From assembly GCA_951406725.2 (NCBI GenBank), contig OX597818.1:48918001-48982000 (forward strand): a stretch of 64,000 nucleotides of DNA, in the 5' to 3' direction. Numbering within the stretch: the stretch's first letter is position 1; the number at the start of each line of letters is the position of its first letter. Position numbers and translations under genes: made by a program. The DNA is from Octopus vulgaris (lineage: Eukaryota). The notes under the pieces were generated by a model. The model was not told where the DNA came from. It saw only the letters and a list, made by a program, of their open reading frames with translations, and ran no database searches. This document shows, piece after piece, positions 25,388 to 37,690 of this stretch.

Positions 25388-26176
25388 TCTATAATATAAA
25401 TTGGACATGGGCAATAATTGTATTCTTTCTTGTCTTGAGGTTCACAGCCAAACGGCTGGGTGGATTCACGTGAAAAATGACTCTCATGTGGAGACAGGTA
25501 CGTAGATTGGAATGCAGTTTGTATTTTTTTCTTAACCCCCATACTTACTGAGAAAATTGATTAAAACTTTTTCTAATAGAATTTCATTCTTTCTGCTGCC
25601 ATTAAAACAACCAGTTGCTCAGAAGCTGTTTTCTAACGGGGCGGGGTTAGGAGATTTTCATATAGCTGGAGGCTCCAATCGAAACAGGGGACCCGAAATG
25701 GTAAGGTTGACAAACGCTGTTATAGATTATGCCTAACCGAAAACGATCTTAGGCACAGGAGTGGCTGTGTGGTAAGTAACTTGCTAACCAACCACATGGT
25801 TCCGGGTTCAGTCCCACTGCGTGGCACCTTGGGTGAGTGGATTTGGTAGACGGAAACTGAAAGAAGCCCGTTGTATATATGTATATATATATGTGTGCAT
25901 GTATGTTTGTGTGTCTGTGTTTGTCCCCCTAGCATTGCTTCACAACCGATGCTGGTGTGTTTACGTCCCCGTTACTTAGCAGTTCGGCAAAAGATACCGA
26001 TAGAATAAGTACCGGGCTTACAAAAGAATAAGTCCCGGGGTCGAGTTGCTCGATTAAAGGCGGTGCTTCAGCGTGGCCGCAGTCAAATGACTGAAACAAG
26101 TAAAAGAGTAAAAGAGAGAGAGAGATCACAGCCACATCATCCAAACAGACTGGGTGAAACCGGGCTTAGCTGCTAG
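25388..26176 (+). mobile_element. Non-autonomous Helitron interrupted by a SINE B (25751-26125)
   Basis: A|TCTATAATATAAA start; CTGGGTGAAACCGGG imperfect hairpin then CTAG|T end. Confidence 0.6.
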
Positions 26177-26699
26177 TATTAAATAAATCTCACAAAAATG
26201 TATTGGGAAAAGAAAAAGAAAAGAGAAAATAGTGCCAATCTACTATTAACTATAAGTCATAAATGTAAACACTGAAAATATTTCTTTTTAATTTGTTTTA
26301 CACCAACATATCAGCTTTTCTAAATTTTTTTCTTTCATTTCTCAGAATTTGAATGTTGACAAGCAAGTTAGTCGTATGTCAAGAAATACAACACCATAAA
26401 GAATGTTGGTGTGTCTGTGTTGTAATTTCAAAAAGTTATATTTTCATTGTCTGGAATCTCGCCCAACCCACCTAATTAATAGTGCCTATCCTGTCAATTC
26501 TGTTTTTATTTATATTGAATATTTGAAAGTAATATTTAATTAGAACCGAAAGATAGTCAACAAATTATATTTTCAGTTTATTGAATTTGTAACATCACAA
26601 ATAGAACATGGTAACTATGGGGTACTTTTACAGTTAACCCTTTTTATGGCGATGTTTGAAGTACCTTGTCTTGGTGTTTCCATCCAGTTTGAAAATAGT

Positions 26700-27230
26700 C
26701 GGTTCAGTCCCACTATGTGGAAACTTGGACAAGTGTCTTCTATTATAGCCTTGGGCCAAGCAAAGCCTTGTGAGTAGATTTCGTAAACGGACACTGAAAA
26801 TAACCTGTTGTGTGTCTGTGCCTCTGTGTGTGTGTGTATGTATGTCTTTGTGCCTCTGTGTGTGTGTGTATGTATGTCTTTGTGCCTCTGTGTGTGTGTG
26901 TGTCTGTGCCTCTGTGTGTATGTATGTCTTTGTGCCTCTGTGTGTGTGTGTGTGTGTGTCTTTGTGCCTCTGTGTGTGTGTATGTCTTTGTGCCTCTGTG
27001 TGTGTGTGTGTATATGTCTTTGTGCCTCTGTGTGTGTGTCATTGTACCTATGTTCCCCCCCACACACCAACTGGTGTTGATGTGTTTTTAAGTCCCCATG
27101 ACTTAGCAGTTTGGCAATAGAGACTGGTACAACAAGTACCAGATTAAAAAAAGCACTATGGTCAATTTGTTCAACTAAACTTCCTCAAGGTGGCACCCCA
27201 GGGTGGCTACAGCCTAATGAGTGAAACAAG
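26700..27230 (+). repeat. SINE B with expanded internal minisatellite (GTCTTTGTGCCTCT(GT)n, 26810-27040)
   Basis: About 8 copies of TGTGCCTCTGTGTG between the SINE halves. Confidence 0.85.
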
Positions 27231-27685
27231 TCACCGACCAGGCTATCAGATGTTGCTACACATCGCTGGTCACAATGCACTTCGCATTGTTTTAGCCTTC
27301 AAATGACGCCACCCCACTGGCTAAGCGAGCAGGCCAACAGAAGAAAGAGTGAGAGAAAGTTGTGGCGAAAGAGTACAGCAGGGATCGCCACCACCCCATG
27401 TTGGAGCCTCGTGGAGCTTTTAGGTGTTTTCGCTCAATAAACACTCACAACTCACGGAGTGGTTGGCGTTAGGAAGGGCATCCAGCTGTAGAAACATTGC
27501 CAAATTTAGACTGGAGCCTGGTGCAGCCTTCTGGCTTCCCAGAACCCCGGTCGAACCGTCCAACCCATGCTAGCATGGAGAACGGACGTTAAACGACGAT
27601 GATGATGATGATGAACGCCCGGTCTGGGAATTGAAACCGCGATCCTCCAACCGCGAGTCTGCTGCCCTAGCCACTGGGCCATTGT
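27230..27685 (-). mobile_element. SINE E split by a + strand RTE tail (27451-27613)
   Basis: ACACTCACAA|...GATGATG|AACGCCCGG rejoins to the intact SINE E sequence seen at 10375. Confidence 0.85.
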
Positions 27686-27884
27686 AGAAGGTAAAAAAAA
27701 AAAAATAAAAGATGCATAGAATTATGATGGGAAGGTGTAAGGTTCTGTAAAGATAAGGTGTTAGGTCACTTGATATCAAGTAAGTTAACATTGGCTTTGT
27801 TCTAGTTATTTTATTATTTAGTATTCAGCCAGTCAAAACATGCTTAGAGAAAAAAAAAAACTTTCTTTTTTTAACTAGAATCTA

Positions 27885-28830
27885 GGCATGGCTGTGTGGT
27901 TAAGAAGCTTGCTTTGTAACCACATGGTCTTGTGTTCAATCCCACTACACAGTACCTTGGGCAAGTGGCTTCTACTGTAGTCCTGAGCAGACCAATGGCT
28001 TGTGAGTGAATTTAGTAAATGGAAATAGGGTGGAAGCCCATTGTATGTATGCATGTATGTCAGTGTGTGTGCGCGTTTGTCCTCCCCACTACACGTGATA
28101 ACTAGTGTTGGTTAAATTAGGTGGTGAGCTGGCAGAAACGTTAGCACGCCGGGCTTAATGCTTAGCGGTGTTTTGTCTACTGTTACGTTCCGAGTTCAAA
28201 TTCCGCTGAGATCGACTTTGCCTTTCATCCTTTCGGGGTCAATAAATTAAGTACCAGTTACGCACTGGGGTCGATGTAATCGACTAAATTCCTTTGCCTG
28301 TCCTTGTTTGTCCTCTCTGTGTTTAGCCCCTTGTGGGTAATAAAGAAATAGGTATGGATAGTTTGTATGTGGTGCCAGCACGGGAACATGTTTACTTGGC
28401 ACCAGCATAGGGGTAATATACATGGTGCCAGTACGAATGCTCGTTATGTGGTGTTGGCACAGGTGCTTTTTATGTGACACCGGCACCAGTGTTTTCACAT
28501 AGTACCAGCATATGTGCTCTGTACATGGCTCCAGTATGGGTGCTCTGTATGTGGCACCGGCACAAGTGCTTTTTGGATAGACTGGGGTCGATGTAATCAA
28601 CTTAATCCCTTTGTTTGTCCTCTCTATGTTTAGCCCTTTCTGGGCAATAAAGAAATAAGTGTTGGTTTAATTATGTCCCCTGTAACTTAGCTGTTTGGCA
28701 AAAGAAACTGATAGAATAAGTACCACACCAAAAAAAAAAAAAAAATTACTAAAGTTGATTTGTTCAACTGAAACACTTCAAGGTGCATGGCTGCAGTCAA
28801 ATAACTGAAACAAGTAAAAGATGAAAAGAA
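27885..28830 (+). mobile_element. Nested SINE B / SINE A cluster
   Basis: SINE B 27885-28115 resumes near 28660; SINE A at 28119-28352. Confidence 0.7.
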
Positions 28831-29032
28831 TGCCTGTGGAAAGTTTTTGTTGGAAGATTGCAGAGGATTCTATTGACTTTAGAAGTTCTCTTAATTTGGT
28901 TGTCCACATTAGAACAAATGAAAGTTGAGGGACTGATAATCCTGTATTTCTATTATGTAGCAGATTCACAGGTCTTGTCTCTCTCAATTCTATCATCCAA
29001 TGTTTAGAAAAGTCCCACCCATGATCTTTTGA

Positions 29033-29215
29033 TCTTCTTCTTCTTCTTCTTCTTCTTCTTCTTCTTCTTCTTCTTCTTCTTCTTCCGTTTTCCATGCTAG
29101 CATGGGTTGGACGGTTCAACCGGGGTCTGGGAAGCCAGGAGGCTGCACCAGGCTCCAGTCTGATCTGGCAGTGTTTCTACAGTTGGATGCCCTTCCTAAC
29201 GCCAACCACCCCATG
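29033..29215 (-). mobile_element. RTE tail ending in a (TTC)n microsatellite
   Basis: (CTT)~17 directly abuts CCGTTTTCCATGCTAGCATGGG. Confidence 0.8.
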
Positions 29216-30012
29216 ACTTTTTACATAATTACAGAGCTGGTCTTTTCATAGTATGGAATGTTTTTTCTCTTGGATGTATTAAAGCCATTTCTTAAGCAGA
29301 AGTTTCTGTTTTCTGTGATTCTTAAAGTGTGTTCCACCAGTTAACTTTCTCAGGCTGTGTAGTTCTGCAGTCGCTTTTGCAGTGTCTCTACATCACTGCA
29401 GGGAGATTTTTATGGACTATTAAAATGTTCAAGCTGTTGTTGATGACTGCATTTGGAAGACCATGATACTGCCAAACCAAGATATTTATGAAAAGTCTTA
29501 AAATGTGGATCAGCTCAGTTTTTTTTCAGTTTGTTAATGTCTAACATTTGTTAATCTGTTTCATTAATCAAGTTTTCTTTAGGTAAGTCATTTTGGAATA
29601 TTTTCGTCTCTCAAGTATCCTGTCCCCTCTCACTGTTATCATTTAACATCTGCTTTTCATGCTAGTATGGGTTGGATGATTTGACAAGATCCAGCTAACT
29701 ATGGGGCTGTGCCAAGCTCCTGTGTCTGCTTTGGTGGGGTTTCTACAGCTAGATGCCCCTCCTAATGCCAACTACTTTACAGTGTGCACAGGGTACTTTT
29801 TTTCTCATGCCTCACCCCTTGTACTATTGAGGTTGTTGAATAACTTGCAAGACAAAAAGAATAAATAAAAAAAATCTCACATCATTCATTAAATAATCAT
29901 AGAGTTACATTCAAATCCTTTATAGATTTATCTTAATACAGTTCTATATTTAAGAGATGAGGAATTATGTACTTTATTTACATTTGACGGATATTTGTCC
30001 TCGTATGTTGTT

Positions 30013-30058
30013 AACACAACGTTTCGGCTGATATACCCCCCAGCCTTCCTCAGGTGTC
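30013..30058 (-). ncRNA. Minimal type I hammerhead ribozyme, intact core
   Basis: gacac CUGAGGA a GGCUG gggggu auau CAGCC GAAA cg UU guguu. Confidence 0.75.
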
Positions 30059-30116
30059 TTGGGGAAATTTCGAACCTGGGTTCTCATTCCGAAGGTATTT
30101 TTCGATGTTGTTGTTG

Positions 30117-30161
<45 letters not shown>

Positions 30162-30279
30162 TCACTGCCTGGAATCGAACTCAGAATCTTGGGGTTCGAT
30201 TCCAGGCAGTGACCTGAATAATAATAATAACATAGAAAAATACCTCCAGAATGAGAACCCAGGTTTGAAATTTGCCCAA

Positions 30280-30325
30280 GATACCTGATGAAGCCTGGAG
30301 AGTACATCAGCCGAAACGTTGTGTT
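30280..30325 (+). ncRNA. Minimal type I hammerhead ribozyme (one stem II mismatch)
   Basis: gauac CUGAUGA a GCCUG...CAGCC GAAA cg UU guguu. Confidence 0.65.
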
Positions 30326-30910
30326 AACAACAAACAAGATGAGGATAAATATCTGTCGAATGTAAATAATGTATTTATCTCAATGTTAATCTCTTTTCTG
30401 CAAAATTTTTTCTTTAATGACAACTTTTCAACACTTGATTTCATTCATGTCTAACTCTAGCAAATAAAAAGTCTTAAGAACAATGTGTTTTCCAGTCAAG
30501 ACGATTTCATGTTCTAATTGTTCGTTTACTTTAATTAGTGTCTATAACTTCTCAGCATTGACATCCCCTCCTCCACTTGTGTTATTAAAACTGTTTATGC
30601 TTCGAATAAGGGACAATATAAATTGCTAAGTTATTAACAACAGAGAGTAATTATGTGAATTATCTTGTGACTATGGTTACTTAAAGATGTTAATGCTATG
30701 CCATGTACATCTTATTTTATCTTTTCATAATTTTATCTTTGTCCTGTCATTTATTCCTGTCACCAGCACAGTAATTTTACTACATCTAAACATATGTAAA
30801 ATGACTTATTATCCAGTATTTCTTTGTCGACGATTTTGCTAGATAGAGCTTCCAGTAGTTGACAATATCATTTTGTTGAGGTTATGTCCCTTGTATTCAT
30901 TAACTACACA

Positions 30911-30912
<2 letters not shown>

Positions 30913-31000
<88 letters not shown>
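30913..31000. repeat. (CT)n(AC)n microsatellite
   Basis: Direct reading. Confidence 0.95.
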
Positions 31001-31044
31001 AAACATTTAATTATAAAAACATTTACTAAAATTTTTAAATAAAC

Positions 31045-31444
31045 CATCAGTATGGCCCAGTGTTGCTTGGGCTTGTTTTCTTTTCGACCCTTTAGTATTG
31101 GAACTTTTGAAAAGTAAAAATTTTGCATTATGTAGCTTGTTATTCTCTTTAAGTGAACATTCTTCTGGTTGAAATACACCAAAGAATGGCGACACAGCAG
31201 TCAAAAAATCGTAAAAAATAGGGATTTTCATAGGAAAAAAAGCAGCTTTTTGATGTAAATAATTTTTGGTGTTAACATGGTCCGATTTGAATTTTTTCTT
31301 CTATGGAAGGAAGAGCAGGCCTTCTTCTATCATACTCTCAATTTTGGTCAACTTGTGCCATAGGGTCTCGGAGGAGATAGTGTTAGTTGAAGGCTACCAA
31401 ACCTGCCATACACAGACAACTTCAGCTTTATATATAGAGAGAGA
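31045..31444 (-). mobile_element. Degenerate non-autonomous Helitron
   Basis: CAGTATGGCCCAGTGTTGCTTGGG resembles the H1 3' hairpin; CAGACAACTTCAGCTTTATATATAGAGA resembles a Helitron 5' end. Confidence 0.55.
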
Positions 31445-32228
31445 TTAAACATTTAAACATATGAAGTTAATCATTATATTTTTATTTTATTTTTGTCTTT
31501 AAACTGATATTTGATATGAATGACTTTATAGAGCTTTTTAATTGATATAACTCTGAAAAGATACCTTATAAGTATTACATCATATCTAGCTCTTTGAAAT
31601 ATATTTATATTCAGAAATTTTCTAACATTTCAAATAAAACACTTCTAGGTAAACAGTAAAATATTTTTTCTTGTTAAGACATCAAGCACCAATTTGTAGC
31701 TGAAATTAATATAATATAAAACTAAAATAGCACCAATTATGGTATGTAGAGTTTGGTAGATTTTTTTTTTTGAAAGAAAATTTTAGTATTGTAGTATTGG
31801 TTAGTAGTAATTAGATTTATGCATTCTAAATGAACAGTAAATTAAATTTTCCAAAATGCAGGAATTGTAAGTGTAAAATAAGAAACAATTTCTTTCCTGT
31901 ATTAGATATTATAAGCACCAATTTGAGACAAACTAACAGGTCCACTAACGAGACTCAAGCTGACCGTGTTACTGATTTCACTACAGAGCACCTGTCATAC
32001 TCATTCTCCAAATAAACTACTATAATTTTCTAATTCTCTCTCTCCTCTTTTTAATAATTTTAATGAAGAAACTAAATAGATAAGTGCAGTCTTCTATTTT
32101 TAAATGTTTTATCCATTAAGACACATTAAGTTATTCTTTGACTGATTTACTCATGAAAATTTTACCATTTCTCTTGCACTCACTTCACATATACATACAC
32201 GTGGGCGTATATATATATATATATATAG

Positions 32229-32550
32229 TGAGGGCGCATGGCTTAGTGGTTAGGGCATTCGGCTCATGATCGCAAGGTTGTGAGTTCGATTCCCGGCGAC
32301 ACCTTGTGTCCTTGAGCAAGACACTTTATTTCACGTTGCTCCAGTCCACTCAGCTGGCAAAAATGAGTTGTACTTGTATTTCAAAGGGTCAGCCTTGTCA
32401 CTCTCTGTGTCACGCTGATTATCCCCGAGAACTACGTTATGGGTACACGTGTCTGTGGAATGCTCAGCCATTTGCACGTTAATTTCACGAGCAAGCTGTT
32501 CCGTTGATCGTATCAGCTGGGACCCTCGTCGTCGTAACCGGTGGAGTCTT
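32229..32550 (+). mobile_element. Full-length tRNA-derived SINE family D in a TA microsatellite
   Basis: TGGCTTAGTGG A-box and GAGTTCGATTCCC B-box. Confidence 0.85.
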
Positions 32551-32797
32551 TCTATATATATATATATATAGATATAGATATATGTATTTATATATGTAAA
32601 TGCATGTATGAATTTTTAGGAAATTAAAAGTTATGACCAGTCATAGAGCGACCATTGGTTTCACACTTTCAAAGTGCTTAGCAGTATAAGCGACTCATCA
32701 GACTTATGTGTGTGTATGTATTAATAGTTCACTTTGGCATAGCAATAATAACCTGGTGTTAAAACACAATATACAAATGCTTCAGAATATAATAATA

Positions 32798-33680
32798 ATC
32801 ATCATCATCATCATTTAATGTCTGCTTTCCATGCTAGCATGGGTTGGATGGTTTGATTGAGGACTGGCAAACCAGATGGCGGCACCAGGCTCTAATCTGA
32901 TCTGGCAGAGTTTCAACAGCTGGATGCCCTTCCTAGTACCAGCCACTCGAGAGTGTAGTGGGTGCTTTTACGTGCCACCGGCATGAGGGCTAGTCAGGCG
33001 GTACTGGCAATGGCCACGCTCTAATGGTGTTTTTACGTGCCACCTGCACAGGAGCCAGTCCAGCGGTACTGGCAACGACCTCGTTCGAATGTTCTTTTTC
33101 ATGTGCCACCAGCACAAGTGTCATATAATAATAATAATGAAATTATTGTGTATAGTGCTCAGGTGCACTACAACTCATCAAAGATGCATGTACAGTACAT
33201 AGAACTATGTACTAAAGTCAGAAAAGTGAACAGTGTATGAGTCACGATTTGCATGTGTGCATACGTATGGAAGGGGTGGATATCAAGTGTAGTATTGGTG
33301 AAACTTCAGTTGAGTACAGGGAAATTAGAATGACAAAGGAATAGACAATTATGTTATAATAATAATAATAATAATGAAATTAATTGTATACAGTGCTCAG
33401 GTGCACCACAACTTGTCAAAAGTGCATATAAAGCATATGCAGTAATGTACAAATGTCTGGAAAGTGAACAGTGTATGAGTCAGATACATGCTTGTGTGTG
33501 TATGGAGGGGAGAAAATCAGGTGTAATGTTGGCGAATCTCAGGAAGCATGGAAGTTTTGAAGGATGCAGTGCTCTGACAACTAACAACTGATGCCGGCAG
33601 TCTGTTCCATGCTTCAGCAACTCTTAGCGTGAAAAAATGTTTCCAAAAGTCATGGGAGCTGTGCTGTTTTCTGAAGTTAT
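32798..33680 (-). mobile_element. RTE tail followed by two CR1-like LINE 3' ends
   Basis: RKQHSSHDFWKHFFTLRVAEAWNRLP on the minus strand; (TTA)n tails. Confidence 0.8.
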
Positions 33681-34204
33681 GAACTTTGTTACCTAGTTTA
33701 TAACATAATTGCTTATTCCTTTGTGCGTGTGTGTGTGTGCTGTGCTCCCATGGATCTGACTCCAACATTTACTTAGAGTTATATAAATTTAATAACAGTT
33801 TGACTCAAAGTTTCATGGGTGTATTACATATCCACACCATCGGATATTCAAAGTGAGAGTTGGAACATTTGATGATGTGGAAGTGTTCTATGCTCACGGA
33901 ACTGAATCAAACTGTTATTTAATGTGTGTGTGCGTATAATTCTTTTTCATATTTAGGTTTATATATTATGAATACATATGCAGATAGTTGCACACGCAAC
34001 ATATCTATAAATGCAGAGTAATATATTTCTGAATACCATAATAGGACAACTAATGAAAATAATTTATCGTTTGCAGGCAAGTTTTGATACTAAATGTTCT
34101 TCCATGTAATAATTATTACCATATTGCCAGGTATGATATTCTTATTTTACCTAGATGTTTGCTTTAGAATTTATTATATATCAAACTTGTCTTAAATGAT
34201 TTAA

Positions 34205-34425
34205 CCCTTTCTTTACCGTACTTATTTTGAGATGCTCTGTGTTTCTTTCAATTATTGTAAATATAACAAAGAATTTAGTAAAATAACTTTGCTACCATTA
34301 AGCTAGTGTTAGGAACATAAATTGTGATTAAGGTTTGGTGGAAGATTTTAATTAAAAACTTAAGAAAACAAGACATTTGTACTGCAGAGCCAGAGGCGGT
34401 TTTGGCTGGGTTGGTAATGAAAGGG
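34205..34425. mobile_element. piggyBac-like MITE (second family)
   Basis: TTAA|CCCTTTC...GAAAGGG|TTAA; related decayed copy near 51690-51905. Confidence 0.75.
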
Positions 34426-35525
34426 TTAATCCTTTACTGATGTATCTTGAAATATATTTAAGAATAGATGTTAAGGGTTTCCTTTTGTTTATAATGTTGT
34501 TTTTAAAGTAATTATTTTGAATCTAGATATTGGTACATTTTGATATTTTGATAAACATTTATATGCGTCTGTGGATAAACTATTTGTTTGAAAATTTGAA
34601 AGATGAACTTTTTTTTTCCCTTAAAAAAGAAAAAAAATTCAAAATGAAAATATGCTTATTAATGTAAACAAATTTAAGAAGGAGATATAATAATGATTGT
34701 TTGGTTTTGATGGTTAGCAGTCTTGATTCTGTGATGGTTAAGTTATCTTGGAAAAAATCATTTCATCAAAGCTTGTAAATTATTCATAAATATTGTGATA
34801 GACTAATCAACAAACACCACCACATTGAAAAAATGAAATGGTGTCCACCTCCACATCCTCTTCCTTCTCCTCTTGCCCTATCATCACAATCAGTATCATG
34901 ATCATAATTATCATCACACCACCACCACCACCATCATCATCAACAACAACAACAACAACAGTAAATGCTTACCTATTGCTGAAAAAAAAAAATGGTATGT
35001 GAACCTAAATATAATATTTAAATATTCAATTCTTTTATTCACTAACTCTTAATAACAGATAACAAGACACCACTGTCTCATTTTCTCCATGTTTTTTTTT
35101 ATATATTATTTTGCTGAGTTTTCAGAATCTTTTATGTTGCTGTATATATATATACTTATATACATACTTTGGCCAGACCTGTTTCATGTTGGTTGTGAAG
35201 GACAGGAGAGTTTGAATAAATTTTGTTACACTTTGGAATATAAGATTTATTCAATGAATTGAATTTTATCTTTCTTTTTTTTAATTTTTGTTATGTTTCT
35301 TTATCATCTAAGCCTTCTTTAATCAGTAGTAAATATTTGATAAAAACTATTAATTCTGTAAGACTTTAATATTTGTTTAAATTTGTAATATATGCAATCA
35401 TTAAAAACTAATATTTTCAAGGTTTTTTTTTCTTAAAATCATTATTTTTTCCTCTTTATTTGAACCTTGAGACAGTTTGAACCTTGTTGCATATATATGT
35501 AACTTGTAATTGCATTTAACATTGT

Positions 35526-35895
35526 CTAGCACTATGACCTGGTGTTGCCGGGTCATAGTGCTAGTGCATGCATACCCAGCTGTGTGCGTGCACATATACA
35601 CGTGAGTACAGTCCAGATCCCTGACCAATCACATACAGCTAGCTGGCATTCAATTGGTGTATCAAGTTTTGGGCACTTTGATTGGGTTTTGGATAGAAAA
35701 TTCACAAAAAAGTCACTTCTATTGATTTTTTAATGGCTTTGCGGGGTGACTGGGGAAAGGTAGAGATGTGCACGACCACCCTTGGACGGTTTTGAATGAC
35801 CATAGAAAGTGCGAGCCCTCTAACTGAAAAATTGTGGATTTGTATAAAGAACACACATACACACACAGACAGACATTTCGCTGTTTATATATATA
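35526..35895 (-). mobile_element. Non-autonomous Helitron with palindromic 3' end
   Basis: CTAGCACTATGACC-TGGTGTTGCCG-GGTCATAGTGCTAG hairpin; ACAGACAGAC...TTTATATATAT 5'-type end. Confidence 0.6.
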
Positions 35896-36531
35896 CTAGC
35901 AGTATCGCCCAGCGTTGCTCGGGTTTGTAAGGGAAATAACTATATAAGCATTTTTAGAGAGTTATAGCAAAAAAATAGCAAAAAATGCATTAAAAATGGA
36001 AAAAATATGATGGTAAATTTTTTTTTAAATCGTTGACTCATCGTAGACATTTTTAGAGAGTTACTTCCCTTATATAATAGCGAAAAAATGCATTAAAATG
36101 GAAAAAAAACGATGGTAAATTTTTTTTTAAATCATAGACTCATGTAGACGCTTTCTTAGCCATTTCTGTTTTGGTGTCTTCAAGCCATGAAGTCGTTGTT
36201 CTAAAAGAACACTGGTCTCCTTGACAACGCATTACGACGTTATTTCCTTACACTCCCTTCCCCACAGGTGCAGCTGTGAGCGTGGACGCCAACTCCGCCG
36301 CCATCGACACACGAAAAATTATGCATTAAAATGGAATAAAAAATGATGTTAAATTATTTTTAAAATCGTAGACTCATCGTAGACGCGCGCTAATATTCAG
36401 ACGGGCTCGATATGAATCACGACTATAAGCTACCCCAATTTGGTTAAACTGCACCGCAAAATGTGGGAGTAGTTAGGAATCTAAATCGAAGGGGACAGAC
36501 ACTCACACAACTACAGTTTTATATATATAGA
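35896..36531 (-). mobile_element. Non-autonomous Helitron family H1
   Basis: Minus strand A|TCTATATATAAAA ... CCCGAGCAACGCTGGG hairpin ... CTAG|T. Confidence 0.85.
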
Positions 36532-36544
36532 TATACATAGCACA

Positions 36545-36905
36545 GTAGTGGTGAGATGTGACAGCAAAGAAAAGCATACATTCACTCGCTGCATGCAATT
36601 AGACTCGGAAAGTTCGTGAGGAACCCATTGACCCAATTTGCTGACTTTTCCGATAGCACACAGGTCTCAATGAATGGTTGAATGACCAAATCCAAGCTTC
36701 TCTGCTAGTTCCTCAACAGTTACGATGAGATTTTGTTCCACCAGGGTTTTCAGGATGTCCTTGTCGAGTTCTACAGATCTTTCAGGATGAGGCTCGTCTT
36801 CTAGGCTGTAGTTTATGGCTCGGGATTTCTGGAACCACCATTGACACTGCCTTACGCTTATTGTCCAATCCCCATATACTGCATTTATATTTCTTGTACT
36901 TTGCA
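36545..36905 (-). mobile_element. mariner transposase N-terminal fragment
   Basis: SVRQCQWWFQKSR...SLEDEP...TVEELAEKLGFGHSTIH HTH region. Confidence 0.8.
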
Positions 36906-36966
36906 CACATTTATATTCTGTTATTCTTTTATATGTTTCAGCCTTGAGGTTGTGGCCATGCTGGAT

Positions 36967-36997
<31 letters not shown>

Positions 36998-37104
36998 CTA
37001 TCTGTCTGTCTGTCTGTATGTATATATGTATATGTATGTGTGTGAACAATAATATTTTCAACAGATGTGTTGCAAATGTATCTGATTGTTCTCAAGCTTC
37101 AATA

Positions 37105-37275
37105 CTGTGTGTGTGTGTATGTATGTATGTATGTATATGTATGTATGTATGTATGTGTGTATGTATGTATGTGTGTGTGTATGTATGTGTGTATGTATGT
37201 GTGTGTGTATGTATGTGTGTGTGTATGTGTGTGTGTGTATGTATGTATGTATGTATGTATGTATGTATGTATGTA
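37105..37275. repeat. (GTAT/GT)n microsatellite
   Basis: Direct reading. Confidence 0.95.
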
Positions 37276-37641
37276 TCTCTTATTATAAAAGGCAGATTTT
37301 ATCTGCCTCCCTTTGGGAGTTATACAAATCTACAATATAGGATTTCTTCAATTACAATTTACCTGGCATTTTTGAGAGTACAATGCATCGCGTCATGCCA
37401 GGTCCAGTTTTGAAAATTTAAACTCCAATTAAGCAAAATTTACAGAAAACTCACATTCTGGTGTGTGTGTCAAATGCTTTTCTTAGTCTGGTTTACAGCA
37501 CACGCAAACGCACACACACAGTGGGCAGCGAATAAAATGAAAGTAATTTACTTACTGTAGTGAGTGATTCTTTCACTCTGCCTCCCACTTCCTCTTTCAA
37601 CACATAGACACGCAAATATCTAAATAAAATTGTAAGCTATC

Positions 37642-37690
<49 letters not shown>

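Larger units (their letters stand above)
29973..30372. repeat. Fold-back element with tRNA T-arm-like centre and (AAT)n tracts
   Basis: Arms mirror around 30183-30192; CAGGTCACTGCCTGGAATCGAAC / GTTCGATTCCAGGCAGTGACCTG. Confidence 0.9.

Noticed and set aside
32229-32300. tRNA genes at SINE heads
   Set aside because: A/B boxes continue into SINE bodies with no complete cloverleaf
33866-33912. C/D box snoRNA (TGATGA...CTGA)
   Set aside because: Only ~40 nt, imperfect C box, no internal boxes
36841-37413. 190-aa ORF and the many other C/V/Y/M- or H/T-rich ORFs
   Set aside because: Translations of microsatellites
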